In this document: in pieces, positions 1-9,359 of the stretch | Numbering within the stretch: position 1 is the stretch's first letter | Layout: each line of letters begins with the position of its first letter | The notes under the pieces: model-generated | Databases searched by the model: none | What the model saw: the letters and a program-made list of their open reading frames with translations, nothing else | Told to the model about the DNA's origin: nothing | NCBI GenBank assembly: GCA_021788365.1 | Contig: JAJYKS010000002.1 | Span: forward strand, 96,521 to 160,520 | DNA: 64,000 bases | Origin: a bacterium | GTDB taxonomy: Bacteria > Patescibacteriota > Microgenomatia > UBA1400 > UBA12108 | Direction of reading: 5' to 3' | Translations under genes and position numbers: made by a program

Positions 1-2
1 AG

Positions 3-1028
3 TCGCACATGACCATACCCCAAATTCGGGGTATGTACCACGGCGACCAAGCCCGAAAACGCACGCTCATAGACTACGGTTTTCGCCTGGAGTCGGCGAT
101 AGACAATCGGCCCCTAAAGTTCGATGAATTCTATGGCATCCCGCCTCGTTTTATCTATGTATCGGCAACTCCCGACAGTTGGGAACTGGAACAAGCCGGG
201 AAAAACGTCATAGAGCAGCTCGTCCGCCCGACTGGCATCATCGATCCGAAAATAGAAATTCGCCCAGCAAACCCTACGGCCCCGAGCGACAATCGAGGGG
301 GACAAATCAAAGATGTCATCGAAGAAATCCGCAAGCGAGCAGACAAAGGCCAGCGTACCCTGGTGACAACACTTACCAAAAAGACCGCTGAAGATCTAAC
401 AAGCTACCTAAAAGAGCAGGGGATCCGTGCAAGCTATCTCCACTCTGATATTAAAACGCTCGAGCGAACCGATATCCTAGACGCCCTGCGCAAAAATGAG
501 TTCGACGCGCTCATAGGTGTCAATCTTCTCCGAGAAGGCTTGGACCTCCCCGAGGTAACGCTCGTAGCCATTCTAGACGCCGACCGCGAGGGCTTCCTCC
601 GCTCCCGCGTCTCCCTCATTCAGACCATGGGCCGTGCCGCCCGCAACATCGAGGGAGAGGTTATTCTGTACGCAGACGCCGTGACCGACAGCATGAGCGC
701 AGCTATCGAAGAGATCGCTCGCCGCCGGAAGTATCAGCTCACCTACAATACAAAACATGGCATCACCCCACGAACCATAGAGAAACCGGTACGGGAAAAA
801 GTGGTAGAAGGCGACGCCGAAGGGCTGCCCTGGAACACCATAGATACTGTCGAGACCGGCAAGGCACTCAAACTGGACGCCGCCGCTCTGACTCCTCACG
901 ATCGCGAAAAGTGGGTAAAACGACTAGAGCGCGACATGAGACGCCTCGCGGGAGACTTAAACTTCGAGGCGGCAATTGCCGTGCGCGATAAACTACGCGA
1001 ACTGAAAGAAGGTACTTTACAGGGATGA
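3..1028 (+). CDS. uvrB: Excinuclease ABC subunit B (5'-truncated by window edge)
   Basis: UvrB motifs GFRLESAIDNRPL, YVSATP, INLLREGLDLPEV-like, QTMGRAARN and a C-terminal UVR coil (LNFEAAIAVRD). The frame is open to the window start (..SHMTIPQ). Confidence 0.98.
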   Translation, partial: SHMTIPQIRGMYHGDQARKRTLIDYGFRLESAIDNRPLKFDEFYGIPPRFIYVSATPDSWELEQAGKNVIEQLVRPTGIIDPKIEIRPANPTAPSDNRGGQIKDVIEEIRKRADKGQRTLVTTLTKKTAEDLTSYLKEQGIRASYLHSDIKTLERTDILDALRKNEFDALIGVNLLREGLDLPEVTLVAILDADREGFLRSRVSLIQTMGRAARNIEGEVILYADAVTDSMSAAIEEIARRRKYQLTYNTKHGITPRTIEKPVREKVVEGDAEGLPWNTIDTVETGKALKLDAAALTPHDREKWVKRLERDMRRLAGDLNFEAAIAVRDKLRELKEGTLQG

Positions 1029-1067
1029 TCCTTGTAAGATGCAAAGCATCTCACGAAGATCATCCCT
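1021..1067. repeat. Long imperfect hairpin / REP-like palindrome at the uvrB stop, possible terminator
   Basis: AGGGATGATC(1021-1030) pairs with GATCATCCCT(1058-1067), with inner AGATGC-AAA-GCATCT. Confidence 0.6.
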
Positions 1068-1079
1068 AAAACAAAACAT

Positions 1080-3959
1080 ATGACTAATTATCTAAAAATT
1101 CGCGGTGCCAGACAGCATAACCTGCAAAACATCGACGTGGATATCCCCAAAGACCAGTTTGTAGTCATGACTGGCGTATCCGGGAGCGGAAAAAGTAGTC
1201 TCGCGTTTGACACCATCTACGCCGAGGGACAGCGTCGCTACGTTGAATCCCTTTCTCCCTATGCCCGACAATTTTTAGGCCTCATGGATAAACCGGATGT
1301 AGATAGCATCGAAGGCTTGTCTCCATCGATCTCCATCGATCAAAAAACCGTCTCCCACAATCCCAGGAGTACCGTGGGAACGACAACCGAAATATATGAC
1401 TACCTCCGTCTTCTGTTCGCGCGGATAGGCCACCCCAAATGTCCAGATGACGGCACCGAGATCACCAAATTTAGCCTCGACGAGATCGTCGAACACGCCA
1501 TTGCCGACATCGAGGTGGAGACGACTGCCGGAAAAGCCGCCCCCCACCTATTTACCGTTCTCTCTCCAATAGTTCGAGGCAAGAAGGGAGAGTTCAAGGA
1601 ACTCTTAGACAACGTCCGCTCCAAAGGCTACACTCGAGCCGAAATAGATGGCAAACTATACGAAGACTTCGACGACCTTTCGCTTCTCAAGACAAACAAA
1701 CATAACATCTCGGTAGTGACAGATGTAGTGAGCGTCACCCACCGCGATCTTAAAGATCCTGTGTTTATCGGCAACCTCCGCACACGGCTTGGGGCGGCAG
1801 TTGAGCAGGCCACCAAACTCTCGGCCGGTCTTGTCATGATCCGTGGAGAGGCTACGCATCTCTATTCCGAGAATTACGCCTGTCCGGTCTGCGGCCGCTC
1901 TCTCCCCGAGATTGAACCACGTATGTTTTCCTTCAACTCGCCTTTGGGTGCCTGCGAGACATGCAAAGGACTGGGCACCGTCGAACACATCGAACCCGAG
2001 CGCATTATCAATCCTCGTCTCTCATTTAACGAAGGCGGTATCCTCCCCCTAAACCGCCTCCTACTCCACGACACATGGTACATGCGCCTGGTAAAAGCCG
2101 TCGCAGATGCGGAGGGTGTGAGCCTCACACTCCCCTTGGGAGAGCTCTCTGACCGGGATAAACAAATTTTGCTCTACGGCACGGGTAAAGAGTACGACGT
2201 TGTAGGGAGGAATCGCGATGGCCGGGTCACCACCATTCACGAGATCTGGACCGGCATCGTTCCCAAGCTCGAGGAGCACTACTTCACGGCCCAGTCCGAG
2301 TGGGCACGTATGGATCTTCATCAATATATGCGGGAAGAGGTCTGCGCCAGTTGCAAAGGAGAAAAGCTAAAACCTGAGGTCTTGGCAATCACCGTAAACA
2401 ACGAGAACATCACCGCCTTTACTCGCCGTGCAGTTTCTGAGCTGGCTCCGTACGTCAAAGAAGTCTTACCAGGAATACTCAATGCCTACGAGGTGCAAGT
2501 TGCAACAGGCATCTTAAAAGAAATTGGCATACGTTTGAGCTTCTTGGTAGACGTCGGCCTGGGCTACCTCGATCTCGCTAGAGCCAGCCGTACCCTCTCC
2601 GGTGGCGAAGCGCAGCGGATCCGCCTGGCAAGCCAAATAGGGACCGGGCTAACCGGCGTCCTCTACGTACTGGACGAGCCGTCGATTGGCCTCCACTCCC
2701 GCGACGTCGCGGCTTTGATCGGCTCGCTCCGCCACTTAGTGGAGATTGGCAACAGCTTGGTGGTAGTCGAGCACGACGAAGAGACAATCCGCGCGGCCGA
2801 CTATTTGGTCGAGCTCGGCCCTGCCGCCGGCAAAGGTGGGGGTAAGTTGGTCGCTCATGGCACTGTGCCAGAGATTACCAAAGATACACATTCGCTAACC
2901 GGCCAATATCTCTCCGGCGCCAAATCTATAGAACGAATAGTTTCCCCGGTCAAAACCTCGCTCGGTACTCTCGAACTCAAAGGCGCGCGCGAAAATAATC
3001 TCAAAAAAGTAAATCTTCGACTTCCTCTTGGTAACCTCATCGGGGTGACCGGCGTCTCAGGCTCCGGGAAATCGACACTGATTACCGAGACGCTTTTCCC
3101 AGCCTTGAAGTATTACGTGGACGGCACCTTTGCCGATCACATGGGTGCCTACGATCGCTTGGATGGTTACCAGTACGTCAGATCGGTCTATTTGGTAGAC
3201 CAGTCGCCGATCGGCCGGACTCCGAGGAGCAATCCAGCGACCTATGTAGGCTTCTTCGACGAGATCCGAGATATCTACGCTGCCACACCCGAAGCGCGCC
3301 TCCGCGGCTTTGGCAAGGGTCGGTTTAGCTTCAACGTCAAAGGCGGTCGGTGCGAAAAGTGTCAGGGCGCCGGGGTTATCAAGATTGAGATGCAGTTCTT
3401 GCCGGACGTCTACGTGACGTGTGACGTCTGTGAGGGGAAGCGCTACAACCGCGAGACATTGGAATGTAAATATAAAGGCATGACGATCTTCGATATCTTG
3501 AATATGACCATCACAGACGCTGCTGCTTTCTTTAAGAACCACACCCGCATCTACCGCAAACTCAAGCTTTTATGTGACGTTGGCCTTGGCTATCTCACGG
3601 TGGGGCAGGGTGCCCCAACACTTTCGGGCGGCGAAGCACAACGGGTAAAACTAGCCGCAGAGCTTGGTAAACGAGAGGGAGCGAGCACCGTCTACATCCT
3701 AGACGAGCCAACAACCGGCCTACATTTTGACGATATCAACAAACTCTTGCTCACTCTTCGCCGGCTGGTAGAAAAGGGGAATACTGTTATTGTTATCGAA
3801 CACAATCTCGACGTCATCAAAAACTGTCAGTATGTAGTGGACATGGGCCCCGAGGGCGGCGACGCCGGCGGGCAGATTATCTTCCAGGGACCAACCGACG
3901 AAATCGCAAACATTCGCACGTCCTACACTGCCAAATATCTCAAAAAATATCTTAAGTAA
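1080..3959 (+). CDS. uvrA: Excinuclease ABC subunit A
   Basis: Two ABC domains (GVSGSGKSS, GVSGSGKST, LSGGEAQR twice, LDEP) plus zinc fingers, 959 aa. Confidence 0.99.
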   Translation: MTNYLKIRGARQHNLQNIDVDIPKDQFVVMTGVSGSGKSSLAFDTIYAEGQRRYVESLSPYARQFLGLMDKPDVDSIEGLSPSISIDQKTVSHNPRSTVGTTTEIYDYLRLLFARIGHPKCPDDGTEITKFSLDEIVEHAIADIEVETTAGKAAPHLFTVLSPIVRGKKGEFKELLDNVRSKGYTRAEIDGKLYEDFDDLSLLKTNKHNISVVTDVVSVTHRDLKDPVFIGNLRTRLGAAVEQATKLSAGLVMIRGEATHLYSENYACPVCGRSLPEIEPRMFSFNSPLGACETCKGLGTVEHIEPERIINPRLSFNEGGILPLNRLLLHDTWYMRLVKAVADAEGVSLTLPLGELSDRDKQILLYGTGKEYDVVGRNRDGRVTTIHEIWTGIVPKLEEHYFTAQSEWARMDLHQYMREEVCASCKGEKLKPEVLAITVNNENITAFTRRAVSELAPYVKEVLPGILNAYEVQVATGILKEIGIRLSFLVDVGLGYLDLARASRTLSGGEAQRIRLASQIGTGLTGVLYVLDEPSIGLHSRDVAALIGSLRHLVEIGNSLVVVEHDEETIRAADYLVELGPAAGKGGGKLVAHGTVPEITKDTHSLTGQYLSGAKSIERIVSPVKTSLGTLELKGARENNLKKVNLRLPLGNLIGVTGVSGSGKSTLITETLFPALKYYVDGTFADHMGAYDRLDGYQYVRSVYLVDQSPIGRTPRSNPATYVGFFDEIRDIYAATPEARLRGFGKGRFSFNVKGGRCEKCQGAGVIKIEMQFLPDVYVTCDVCEGKRYNRETLECKYKGMTIFDILNMTITDAAAFFKNHTRIYRKLKLLCDVGLGYLTVGQGAPTLSGGEAQRVKLAAELGKREGASTVYILDEPTTGLHFDDINKLLLTLRRLVEKGNTVIVIEHNLDVIKNCQYVVDMGPEGGDAGGQIIFQGPTDEIANIRTSYTAKYLKKYLK

Positions 3960-3987
3960 CTTAAGAGGCACAGAACCAACATTCTTT

Positions 3988-4374
3988 CTACCCAGAATAA
4001 GGCTCTACCTCAAAAGCTTTACTACTATCAGGAATACTAAACACAGACCTGCCTCGATTAACCCTTAATCGTTCAAACACCTCGTCAAAATAAAATGTCA
4101 ACTCTATAGGGAAGCGCTTGGCGGCAACTAATGCAGCTACCACAACTCGTAGCTCGTTGACTTTCGCTTCTGGACCAATGCTAACCTTCAACAACTCATC
4201 ACTATCTACCACAGCAGCATACTGGGCCAAATCAGTAACAGACGCTAGCGATGTAAAGTGGCCGCCCTCGCTGCCTCGCACGTGTACTATAGCCATAAAA
4301 CACCCTCCCACAAGTTGTTTAGCATACACAAATCTACGTTCGCCTTTGGAATATAATTTTGTGTGGATTTTCAA
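3988..4374 (-). CDS. Hypothetical protein
   Basis: 128-aa ORF in an AT-richer gap between uvrA and uvrC. No motif recognised. Confidence 0.5.
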   Translation of the reverse strand: MKIHTKLYSKGERRFVYAKQLVGGCFMAIVHVRGSEGGHFTSLASVTDLAQYAAVVDSDELLKVSIGPEAKVNELRVVVAALVAAKRFPIELTFYFDEVFERLRVNRGRSVFSIPDSSKAFEVEPYSG

Positions 4375-4636
4375 CCATAATATTACTTCGTATCATAGGT
4401 GTCCCGTTTTGCAGAACTATCCCCATAGAATCCTTCTCAGTCACAACTGATATTGCACCCGTGGGAACAACCGTCAACACTTCCATAATCCACGCCTCTA
4501 TCTTATCAATATCCGGTTGTTGAACTTCTGGATCTAAAAAATACGTAACATCTCCACCGACATCTTGCTGAACAATTCCCACATTACCATCACACTGTAT
4601 AGCCCCCGATTCTCCAAAAATTCCAATTACTGGCAT
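4334..4636 (-). CDS. Hypothetical protein
   Basis: 100-aa ORF divergent from uvrC that overlaps the next ORF. No motif recognised. Confidence 0.5.
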   Translation of the reverse strand: MPVIGIFGESGAIQCDGNVGIVQQDVGGDVTYFLDPEVQQPDIDKIEAWIMEVLTVVPTGAISVVTEKDSMGIVLQNGTPMIRSNIMVENPHKIIFQRRT

Positions 4637-4677
4637 AAATCACTCCGATATATTTTATATGAGATAATTCTACTACT

Positions 4678-6015
4678 ATGAGTCAACTCAATTGGTACAC
4701 CATTTTGGAAGCAAGCGACGCGCCAACAACCGCGGGCGTATATATGTATATGAAGGCTAGTACGCCGCTCTACATCGGCAAGGCAGTAAACCTTAAAGCG
4801 CGTCTTGCAAGCCACGTCCAAAACGCCAAACTAGATGCGCGTGAAGCAGCCTATGTCACTGGTGCGGCGGATATCCGCTATGCCGAGACCGACACAGAAT
4901 TTAAGGCGCTCCTCCTCGAAGCCTCCCTCATCCAAAAATATCAACCTCGCTACAACCGCGCCCTCAAAGACGACAAAAGCTACCTGTATATCGTAATAAA
5001 TACAAGCGACGAATTCCCCAAACCCGTACTCGCCCGCGCCCACGACCTTCAGCGACAAAATAATACATACAAAATAGTAAATAAAAAGTATAAAGTGTTT
5101 GGTCCCTTCCCCAATTCGTATGTCGCCGAAGAAGTGTTACGTACCATCCGTCGACTGGTTCCTTTTTGCCAGCAGAAATCGCGGAGCAAAAATAGCCGGG
5201 CCTGTTTCTACCACCACCTCGGCCTCTGCGATCCGTGTCCCAGCACCATTACGACCGCAGAAGACAAGCGCCGCTATCGTCACCAAATCTTCCAGGTCAT
5301 TCACATACTCGAAGGGAATATCGACCCAGTTATCGCTGCTCTCACCAAAGATATGAAAGCCGCCTCAGCACGGGAAGATTTCGAGTCCGCGCTCCGTCTT
5401 CGCCAAAAAATCGAACGCTTCACCCGCTATATCGAATCTCACTCGTTTTCTCGAGGCGAACACATTTCGTATAACACAGCCGATCTGCGTCTTAATGCTT
5501 TACGTACCCTCCTATCTTCTAGCATCTCTCATCTAGAATCTTTATCCCGCATCGAGGCCTACGATGCCTCCCACCTTGGCATGGCAGACGCAACGGTATC
5601 AATGGTAGTCGCAACCGACGGGCTGCTCGACAGGGGAGCATATCGCCGCTTCCGAGTAAAAAATCCCCGCGCCGTATCTGATTTTGATCGATTAGAAGAG
5701 GCAATGGTTCGCCGTCTCAAAAACACACATTGGCCCGCACCGGACTTGATCGTTATAGATGGCGGCACCCCCCAGCTTCGCCGCTTGCAAAGAGTTTTCG
5801 ACCAGCTTCCCTCGCCCCCTCGTTATCTCGGCCTTGCCAAGCACCCGGATAGGCTGATCCTTCAAGGTCCGTCCTTGAAGGAATCAAACTGGGTCACGAT
5901 CCATGTCCCAAGTAACAATCCCGGGCTTCACTTGCTCGAAGAATTGCGCGACGAAGCCCACCGATTTGCCAACAACTACCGCAAAGTGCTCGGGAGAAAG
6001 CGATCTGGGCTATAA
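4678..6015 (+). CDS. uvrC: Excinuclease ABC subunit C-like protein (GIY-YIG + UVR + RNase H-like domain, no C-terminal HhH)
   Basis: GVYMY..YIGKAVNLKARL, QPRYN..LKDDKSY, RIEAYDASH, PDLIVIDGG, LRDEAHRFA. It ends before the HhH domain. Confidence 0.93.
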   Translation: MSQLNWYTILEASDAPTTAGVYMYMKASTPLYIGKAVNLKARLASHVQNAKLDAREAAYVTGAADIRYAETDTEFKALLLEASLIQKYQPRYNRALKDDKSYLYIVINTSDEFPKPVLARAHDLQRQNNTYKIVNKKYKVFGPFPNSYVAEEVLRTIRRLVPFCQQKSRSKNSRACFYHHLGLCDPCPSTITTAEDKRRYRHQIFQVIHILEGNIDPVIAALTKDMKAASAREDFESALRLRQKIERFTRYIESHSFSRGEHISYNTADLRLNALRTLLSSSISHLESLSRIEAYDASHLGMADATVSMVVATDGLLDRGAYRRFRVKNPRAVSDFDRLEEAMVRRLKNTHWPAPDLIVIDGGTPQLRRLQRVFDQLPSPPRYLGLAKHPDRLILQGPSLKESNWVTIHVPSNNPGLHLLEELRDEAHRFANNYRKVLGRKRSGL

Positions 6016-6047
6016 TAGAGTGTCATAGCCCTCTTCATAGTCGAAGG

Positions 6048-6122
6048 GCCTCTGTCGTTCAACGGATAGGACTACGGTCTTCGGAACCGTTAATGCTGGT
6101 TCAATTCCTGCCAGAGGCACCA
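6048..6122 (+). tRNA. tRNA-Arg (anticodon TCG)
   Basis: Acceptor GCCTCTG/CAGAGGC, D arm GTTC/GGAC, anticodon arm ACGGT-CT TCG GA-ACCGT, T loop TTCAATT, encoded CCA. TATAAT at 6011. Confidence 0.95.
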
Positions 6123-6242
6123 ATGCTCCCACCAGTGTTTCCGCCCAAGGCGGATCACCCTTGGGATGACGACTCATGCCGGGTGCACAATAGATATACC
6201 TTGCTTGACACCTTCCCAAGTCGTGTATACTAATAGAAATCT

Positions 6243-6944
6243 ATGCAGCTATTTTTGAATAAATTAGTTGAGAAGGCGCTCACGCAAGGCGAGGTAGGGA
6301 ACCGCGCCAACAAAATACAAATCACCGGTGCCTGGAATCCCGACATCGTTATCTCCCGAGATCCGGGGAGTGGCGGTCGCGTCATCGCGCAAAAAATCGC
6401 CAAAAAACTCGAGTGGAAGCTGCTCGATAAAAAAATCATGGAAGAGCTCTCACGCGATCTAGGTATTCCCGAACGAGAGTTCGCCGAAGTCGACGAGCAT
6501 GGCCGCAGTTGGCTCACAGACTCTATCCGTACACTTTTCGATCCCCACTTTGTCTCGGATGTAACGTACGTCAATCACCTCAAGCGTCTGCTGACGCACG
6601 CGGCAAAAGGGGCCGATATAGTGATCGTTGGTCGCGGTGCCAACCACATTATCCCCGCCGACAAATGCCTGCGCGTCAAGATCACTGCATCCTGGAAAAC
6701 TCGAGTAGACAATACCTACAAATATGAAAAAAAGAAATCGCGCGAAGAAGCAGAGGCTTGGGTAAAGCACGTCGAGGAAAAGCGCAACCGCTTTATCGAA
6801 CAATATTTTGGTATGGAAGGCTGTCACCCAGAACACTTTGACCTCATTGTGAATACCGATTACCTCACCCTCGATACCGCCCGCGACATGGTGATTGCTG
6901 CGTTCTACGCCAAATTCCCTGACATGCGCCGCAGAGTCAAATAA
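6243..6944 (+). CDS. Cytidylate kinase-like family protein
   Basis: ISRDPGSGGRVIA, VIVGRGAN and FDLIVNT match the Cytidylate_kin2 pattern. Confidence 0.85.
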   Translation: MQLFLNKLVEKALTQGEVGNRANKIQITGAWNPDIVISRDPGSGGRVIAQKIAKKLEWKLLDKKIMEELSRDLGIPEREFAEVDEHGRSWLTDSIRTLFDPHFVSDVTYVNHLKRLLTHAAKGADIVIVGRGANHIIPADKCLRVKITASWKTRVDNTYKYEKKKSREEAEAWVKHVEEKRNRFIEQYFGMEGCHPEHFDLIVNTDYLTLDTARDMVIAAFYAKFPDMRRRVK

Positions 6945-8679
6945 CTTCCCGTACGGTATAATTACTTCGTTGCCGAGATGGCGGAACTGGTAGACGCGCA
7001 CGTTTCAGGAGCGTGTGGAGCAATCCATGGAGGTTCAAGTCCTCTTCTCGGCACCATAGAGAACTTTTTAAATAGTTTTTCAAATCTTCCCGATTTGACA
7101 AGCTATTTTCAGGTTCAAGCGGTCCATTTTTATCGTTGGTGGTTTTTGCACCCTCTTTTAACTTCAAAAAGATAAATCTAGGCTGATATTCAAGTTTTTG
7201 ATCTAGTAAGATCGGGTTCAAGCCGATTGCCTTGAAAATGACCTTTTTGTCTTCTGAGTCTCCACTTTCAAACCGTTGCTTAGCCAGTAACGCGAACTCG
7301 AAGGAGTCTTTTGCAACCTCAGCCCAGTCGGATTCACCACTTTTTGCATGAGCTAGTTGGTGGGTAAGGTTATCTTTCTCGATCATCAGCTCACGTTTCC
7401 TGTCACCAAACTCGGCGTCTGAAAGTAAGCTGCCATCATTTTCTGGGGATATCTTGAGAGCTATCAGATTATCAATTCTCCGATTTACCCCGTCTAAGGC
7501 AGTCTGGAGAGCTTCTACACTTGTTTTATTGACCACCTGACTCTTTTCCTTGGTTTCGTTGAGGGCTTCATACGCCCAATCTACAAATTCCTTATCTTTA
7601 ATCTCGAGTTGACATAAATCGCTAGCGAACTGTCCCTCCAATTTTGAAGTTGAGATGTAGCGCTGGTTACATTTTTCTTCTCCCTTTTTCGTACAACTAT
7701 AGTAGCCAAATACTTGTTCAGTACCATTTTTGTATTTCTTTTTGTGTTCCTGGGCGGTGATGCAGTAATGGCACTCTCCACAATGGATAATACCGTTCAA
7801 GGCGAAGTCATGCTTTTGTTGTCTTGCCTTTGATCTGCCATCTAAAATGTCTTGTAAGAGGTTAAATTCTGCTTCACTGATCATTGCTGGATGTTGGCCT
7901 TGGTATATTTTGCCACAATACATAAACTTGCCGGTATAAAATGGATCACGTAATAGTCTGTGCATCCAACTTTTAACGATAGGCCTACCAGATTTAGAGC
8001 TTCTGATTCCTAAAATCTTGGCTTCACGCATCAATGCTTGAACGCTGTAATTACCAGTTAGTGCAAGATCGAAGAGTTTTCTCATTAAAGGAAAATACAC
8101 CGGGTGAGGTGAGATATCGCGTAACCCTTGAGGTTTTTCGTGATTATTTTTGTATCCTGGTCGTGCTCTACCCGGAAATACACCTCGTTCAGCTTTGAGT
8201 TTTAGTGCCTCCGTGACATTGACACTTTTATTGTCATTCTCAAGTTTTGCCTGGGTACAAAGCAAATTCAGCATGAATTTATCATTCGGATTATTCCGGA
8301 ATGTTTGGTATGGGGTTACTACTTCAAGCAGCTTACCTTGATCCATTAGGTAGATAACCCTGCCGGTATCGACCGTGTTTCTTGATAGACGTGAGGGGTT
8401 AAGAAGCACGATTCCATTCACATCGCCATCTTCAATCTTTTGTATAAGTTGTCCAAAAATAGGTCTGCCTGGAATTTTAGCCGTTCGTTGTTCTTGAAGT
8501 GGTTCACCGACGAGCTCAACACCTCGCTGACGGACGAGAGCAGTTAAATTCGTAATCTGATCAGGAAGTGATTGAATTTGTCTCTCATCAGATTCACTAC
8601 TTTTTCGGCAATACATCATATAGCGAGGGATAATCGGCGTCTGACTTATATTTTGCGTGTTATAGTCTGCCAGTCTCAT
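6937..8679 (-). CDS. Large serine recombinase (integrase 1). Its last 37 aa are read from the antisense tRNA and flanking host DNA in the integrated state
   Basis: Catalytic [13 protein letters not shown], recombinase domain ([20 protein letters not shown]), zinc ribbon CGEC..YYSC, coiled coil. SD GAAAGGAGG. Confidence 0.95.
   Translation of the reverse strand: MRLADYNTQNISQTPIIPRYMMYCRKSSESDERQIQSLPDQITNLTALVRQRGVELVGEPLQEQRTAKIPGRPIFGQLIQKIEDGDVNGIVLLNPSRLSRNTVDTGRVIYLMDQGKLLEVVTPYQTFRNNPNDKFMLNLLCTQAKLENDNKSVNVTEALKLKAERGVFPGRARPGYKNNHEKPQGLRDISPHPVYFPLMRKLFDLALTGNYSVQALMREAKILGIRSSKSGRPIVKSWMHRLLRDPFYTGKFMYCGKIYQGQHPAMISEAEFNLLQDILDGRSKARQQKHDFALNGIIHCGECHYCITAQEHKKKYKNGTEQVFGYYSCTKKGEEKCNQRYISTSKLEGQFASDLCQLEIKDKEFVDWAYEALNETKEKSQVVNKTSVEALQTALDGVNRRIDNLIALKISPENDGSLLSDAEFGDRKRELMIEKDNLTHQLAHAKSGESDWAEVAKDSFEFALLAKQRFESGDSEDKKVIFKAIGLNPILLDQKLEYQPRFIFLKLKEGAKTTNDKNGPLEPENSLSNREDLKNYLKSSLWCREEDLNLHGLLHTLLKRARLPVPPSRQRSNYTVREVI
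6972..7056 (+). tRNA. tRNA-Leu (anticodon CAG), integration target
   Basis: Acceptor GCCGAGA/TCTCGGC, anticodon arm CACGT-TT CAG GA-GCGTG, long variable arm TGGAGCAATCCA, T arm GGAGG-TTCAAGT-CCTCT, ACCA end. TATAAT at 6957. Confidence 0.97.
7039..7066. other. attL junction (core GCAC at 7051-7054)
   Basis: GTCC-N8-GCACCA here matches GTCC-N8-GCACTA at 60165-60182. Confidence 0.8.
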
Positions 8680-8875
8680 ATTGCCTCCTTTCTGGTTGAG
8701 AAGATGTAGGAATAGATGTTTCTGTTTTAATCGGTTTTTGTTTTGGTCGTATTAAGACTTCCATTAGATTGAGAAAATGTGTTGCCAGTTCGGTTGCTTC
8801 CTCGTCCGTGAGAGTAATGTCATATTTGTCTTTATATAACCTCTTAAACTTATCTAAATACTCTTTGCTGATCAT
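8660..8875 (-). CDS. Small protein overlapping the integrase start (candidate directionality factor or regulator)
   Basis: 71 aa, overlaps the LSR start, lies downstream of a TTGACA-17-TATTCT promoter. Confidence 0.7.
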   Translation of the reverse strand: MISKEYLDKFKRLYKDKYDITLTDEEATELATHFLNLMEVLIRPKQKPIKTETSIPTSSQPERRQYETGRL

Positions 8876-8893
8876 GGTTGTACTAGTAAAATT

Positions 8894-8940
8894 AACTACA
8901 ACTATAGTTACAGAATAGCAATTATAGTTGTAGTTGTCAA
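8894..8940 (-). promoter_or_regulatory. Sigma70 promoter of the integrase operon, overlapped by a 13-bp inverted repeat (putative XRE operator)
   Basis: AACTACAACTATA(8894-8906)/TATAGTTGTAGTT(8923-8935). Minus-strand -35 TTGACA(8940-8935), 17 bp, -10 TATTCT(8917-8912). Confidence 0.7.
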
Positions 8941-9068
8941 GCGTATTTTAAGGCTAAATTGTAACTATGGTTGTAGGCCAGATTTAGGCATAAATGATGT
9001 CCTATAAGTTGAAGAAATTGAGATTCTTTGATAAACTACCGTAAATTCACGAGTGATATACTACGATT

Positions 9069-9293
9069 ATGAATATGATTCCAGACGAAAAGAGCCAAAA
9101 AGCATTTGGTAAAAATCTTCGCTCAGTGAGGGAAGATAAAAGACTCTCTCAAGAAGAGGTTGCAACCCTGAGTAAGATTTCCACCACTCACTATGCCGGA
9201 ATTGAACGTGGAGAAGAAAACCCTACTTTTTCAGTGCTAGAAAACATCTGTAAAGCGCTCAAAATCAAGTCCTCCCAGGTTCTTCCTTTTTAA
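9069..9293 (+). CDS. XRE-family HTH transcriptional regulator
   Basis: FGKNLRSVR..LSQEEVA..IERGEENPT..ICKAL is an HTH_3 pattern. Confidence 0.92.
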   Translation: MNMIPDEKSQKAFGKNLRSVREDKRLSQEEVATLSKISTTHYAGIERGEENPTFSVLENICKALKIKSSQVLPF

Positions 9294-9359
9294 TCTTTTG
9301 CTCGATACGATAACTTCCTGTATACTCTCAACTAAATCCTGCCTCTATTAGGTCGGATT

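Noticed and set aside
114-3971. Many antisense and alternate-frame ORFs over uvrB and uvrA, and likewise over the ATPases (e.g. 43583-44236, 50330-51232)
   Set aside because: They are shadow ORFs of well-supported genes and have no motifs of their own.
7030-7056. Long direct repeat of the tRNA 3' end as attR (tyrosine-integrase style)
   Set aside because: I found no such duplication. Only a 4-bp core plus spaced GTCC is shared, which fits a serine recombinase.
6010-7175. ORFs 6010-6219(-) and 6978-7175(+)
   Set aside because: They are translations of the tRNA-Arg and tRNA-Leu genes, not proteins.
7211-7227. T-arm-like hairpin ATCGG-GTTCAAG-CCGAT inside integrase 1
   Set aside because: It encodes ordinary integrase sequence (IGLNPI) and has no counterpart in element 2, so it is probably chance.
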